From an uncultured Gemmatimonadales bacterium (lineage in GTDB: Bacteria > Gemmatimonadota > Gemmatimonadetes > Gemmatimonadales > Gemmatimonadaceae): DNA of 64,000 bases. This document shows positions 61,578 through 64,000 of the stretch, piece by piece. Numbering within the stretch: the first letter of the stretch is position 1; each line of letters begins with the position of its first letter. The notes beneath the pieces were generated by a model, which saw only the letters and a list, made by a program, of their open reading frames with translations, searched no databases and was not told the origin of the DNA. The position numbers and the translations under genes were made by a program. Where the stretch lies: the NCBI GenBank assembly GCA_963701965.1, contig OY969695.1:2080001-2144000 (forward strand), read 5' to 3'.

Positions 61578-62635
61578 TGGAACGGGAACCGGATGCGGAC
61601 CTCGAAGGTGCCAGCCGCCGCCTGCACAGCGAACGCATGGTTGTCACCATACTGTTGCCGCAATCGCGCGGCGGTGTTCTCGAGGCCAATGCCCGTGGGC
61701 ACCGGCCCGGCGCCCGCCTCGGTGCCGCAATCGTTCGTCACCGCAATGGTCACGTGTCCGTCCCGGCGGTCGGCGTGAATGGCGAGACGCCCGCCGCCGC
61801 GGAGCGGCGCGATGCCGTGACGAATCGCGTTCTCGACAAGCGGTTGCAGCAGCAGGTGCGGCACGCGGGCGGGCAACGCAGCGGCGCTGATGTTCAGCGC
61901 CACGATGAGGCGGTCGCCCAAGCGGATCTTCTCGATCTCCAGATACTGCTCGGTCAGGGCCAGTTCGTCGGCCAATAGCACCAGCGGCTCGGCATCGCCG
62001 GTGAGGGTCGCGCGAAAATAGTCGCCCAGCCGCGCCAACATCATGCGGGCGGGCGCAGACCGACCTTCGACGATGAGCGAGGAGATGGCGTTGAGCGTGT
62101 TGAACAGGAAATGCGGATTGATCTGATACCGCAACGCGCGCAACTCGGCGTCGCGCGCCAAGGCCTCGGCCGCCAGGGCGCGACGGCGCGCCGATTCCAT
62201 CGCCCGATGGTGCCGGATGCCGAGCAACGCCGCGCACCACGCCACGAGGACGAACCACGCGCCCGTGGCGCCGTTGATCGCTTCGCTCCAGTGGAACACC
62301 ACGGGCGGGATATGGCCGTAACGGGCCTCGCCGACGGACGCCGCCGCGGCACACAGCACACCGAGGCCGAGCGATGCGGTGCCGGCCACCGTCATCGCTC
62401 GGCCCCATGACGTGCGCACCCAAGGCATGCGACAGATGAAGGTGAGGATCACGCCGGCGACGCCGCAGGCCACGACGAAGACGACCCGATAGACGACGAG
62501 ATCCAAAACGCTCAGAAATGGGAGCGTGCCGATCGTGAGCGCGAGGATCAGCACGCACCAGGCTATCGCCAGGGCGCGCCAATCGGCTGCGATGGGGTCG
62601 TCTTCGTTGAGATGCGGCACCGGTTCGTCGCTCAC
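61574..62635 (-). CDS. LytS-like histidine kinase
   Basis: QINPHFLFNTLN, LQPLVENAIRHG, GIGLEN. Confidence 0.95.
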   Translation of the reverse strand: MSDEPVPHLNEDDPIAADWRALAIAWCVLILALTIGTLPFLSVLDLVVYRVVFVVACGVAGVILTFICRMPWVRTSWGRAMTVAGTASLGLGVLCAAAASVGEARYGHIPPVVFHWSEAINGATGAWFVLVAWCAALLGIRHHRAMESARRRALAAEALARDAELRALRYQINPHFLFNTLNAISSLIVEGRSAPARMMLARLGDYFRATLTGDAEPLVLLADELALTEQYLEIEKIRLGDRLIVALNISAAALPARVPHLLLQPLVENAIRHGIAPLRGGGRLAIHADRRDGHVTIAVTNDCGTEAGAGPVPTGIGLENTAARLRQQYGDNHAFAVQAAAGTFEVRIRFPFQ

Positions 62636-62716
62636 AATGCACGGGTCGTCGCATCGCCCGCACGGTGAGCAGATTGCACGGCGCGGCGGCGCGAGCGGCC
62701 ATGTTACACTGGCGTC

Positions 62717-63484
62717 ATGATCAAACGCAACCCATCACATCGAGTGGCGTGGGCCGCCCTGACCTTCGGGCTCCTCTACGCGTCGCGCGCCACGGCGCAA
62801 GCGACACTCCTCCCGGGATCGTCGACGCTCGTCACCGCGTCGCTCGCCGGAACCAGCGGCGGTATGCGCGTGCTGCAAACGCCGCGGGACAGCACCACCG
62901 CGCACGAACTCGCCTCGGTCCAGTTCGAGCGGCGCCTCGTGCCGCACGTCGCCGATCGCGGTAATGCACCAGGCATTCTCATGCTGTATCACGGGCAAGC
63001 TGGCGGCACGTCGTATGTCGACTCCTCGATGTTCATGTTGCACGGCCTGGCGCCGGTCTGGGAGGTCTGGCACTTCCAGGGGAAGACGAGCCGTTACACC
63101 TACGACGGCGGCCACGTCTCGGTGGTGAGCACATCACCGGACTCGGGAGAGCGTCGCCTGGAGCACACGTATCCCGTTCCGGTCTTCATGTGGCAACAGC
63201 GAAGCGAATTGATGTCGGCCTTGCCGCTGGAGACCGGCTACCGGGCGATTGTGCCGCTCTACTCAGAGGGGGACTTGGCGCTGGAAATGGACACGGTGCA
63301 AGTCGTCGGCGTGAACAGCGCCCAGCGCTGGACGGTGCGATTCGCCGACCCGGTGATCGTGGCGACGTTCGAGATTGACGGCCGCACCCGCGCCATCACC
63401 GCGTACTCCCACACATTCCGCAAGAGCGGGGACGTCATGCGCTGGGTCGTGGCGCCGCAAACACTGTCTTCCAATCGTTCTTGA
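62717..63484 (+). CDS. Secreted hypothetical beta-rich protein
   Basis: Signal peptide ending ATAQA; divergent from the LytS/LytTR pair. Confidence 0.6.
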   Translation: MIKRNPSHRVAWAALTFGLLYASRATAQATLLPGSSTLVTASLAGTSGGMRVLQTPRDSTTAHELASVQFERRLVPHVADRGNAPGILMLYHGQAGGTSYVDSSMFMLHGLAPVWEVWHFQGKTSRYTYDGGHVSVVSTSPDSGERRLEHTYPVPVFMWQQRSELMSALPLETGYRAIVPLYSEGDLALEMDTVQVVGVNSAQRWTVRFADPVIVATFEIDGRTRAITAYSHTFRKSGDVMRWVVAPQTLSSNRS

Positions 63485-64000
63485 TGCTGACGACCGGCCA
63501 TCCTTGCGTGCGCGCCAGTTCCAGCGAACGCTCGGCGCCCGCGGTATAGTCGAACTCGCGCGCATGATCATCGTGCAATAACAGGAGGCGGAGGGCCGGG
63601 AGCGTCGGCCCTCCGGCAAACCGGAGCATCTGGATGTCGCCGTTCGAGTTGCCGCAAGCGACGATGGGTCGCCGGCCAATGCGGCTCCAGATGCGCACCG
63701 GCTTGGCAGGCCCGTCGTCGAACACATCGGGCTTGGCCAGATAGGCGACGCTGCCGAACTGCTCGCCATCGGTGTAACACAGCGCATTGGAGCTGCCCAC
63801 GACCCGCTCGGCGGGGATGCCGTACATCTCGTCGGTCACCGTCCGCATGAAATCGCGGTCCCCGCCGGACGCGATGTAGTTCACAAATCCGTTGGCCTCG
63901 AGATAGCGCAGCAGCTCGATCATCGGCGCGTAGCCGCACTGGCGAATCGGCCAATGCAGCGCCGGATTCTGCGCCTGGCCGAGGAAGAGCGCCGCCGCGG
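63435..64000 (-). CDS. HAD-family hydrolase/phosphatase, 3' part (start outside the window)
   Basis: YAPMIELLRYL, IASGG, GNSNGD, HDD.AREFDY, SIKNDW. Confidence 0.85.
   Translation of the reverse strand, partial: AAALFLGQAQNPALHWPIRQCGYAPMIELLRYLEANGFVNYIASGGDRDFMRTVTDEMYGIPAERVVGSSNALCYTDGEQFGSVAYLAKPDVFDDGPAKPVRIWSRIGRRPIVACGNSNGDIQMLRFAGGPTLPALRLLLLHDDHAREFDYTAGAERSLELARTQGWPVVSIKNDWKTVFAAPRPSA

Overview
A GC-rich, gene-dense bacterial window with about 55 CDS or fragments. I found no rRNA, tRNA, CRISPR array, integrase or transposase. The gene content (four orphan ADOP-type ABC permeases with a PadR, DUF305-LVIVD pairs, many secreted hydrolases, DinB, ECF42/DGPF) suggests a Gemmatimonadota- or Acidobacteriota-like soil organism; this is inference. 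The main observations are: (1) a ~2.8 kb island (31866-34680) flanked by imperfect direct repeats of the 3' end of an ECF sigma gene, holding a translationally coupled three-gene operon (TIGR04255-like, XRE-HTH with long disordered arms, PemK/MazF-like) that is a candidate toxin-antitoxin-chaperone or defence module; (2) a c-di-GMP-I riboswitch before a secreted GH30 gene, divergent from a GGDEF-EAL gene; (3) a Cys/His/Met-rich DUF2946/CruR-like leader ending in LGPP upstream of a TonB-dependent receptor; (4) two paralogous DUF305-LVIVD operons; (5) a probable deletion junction joining two gene remnants. Five genes carry +1 frameshifts in short homopolymers, most likely sequencing errors. All family calls come from motif recognition by eye; no database search was run.
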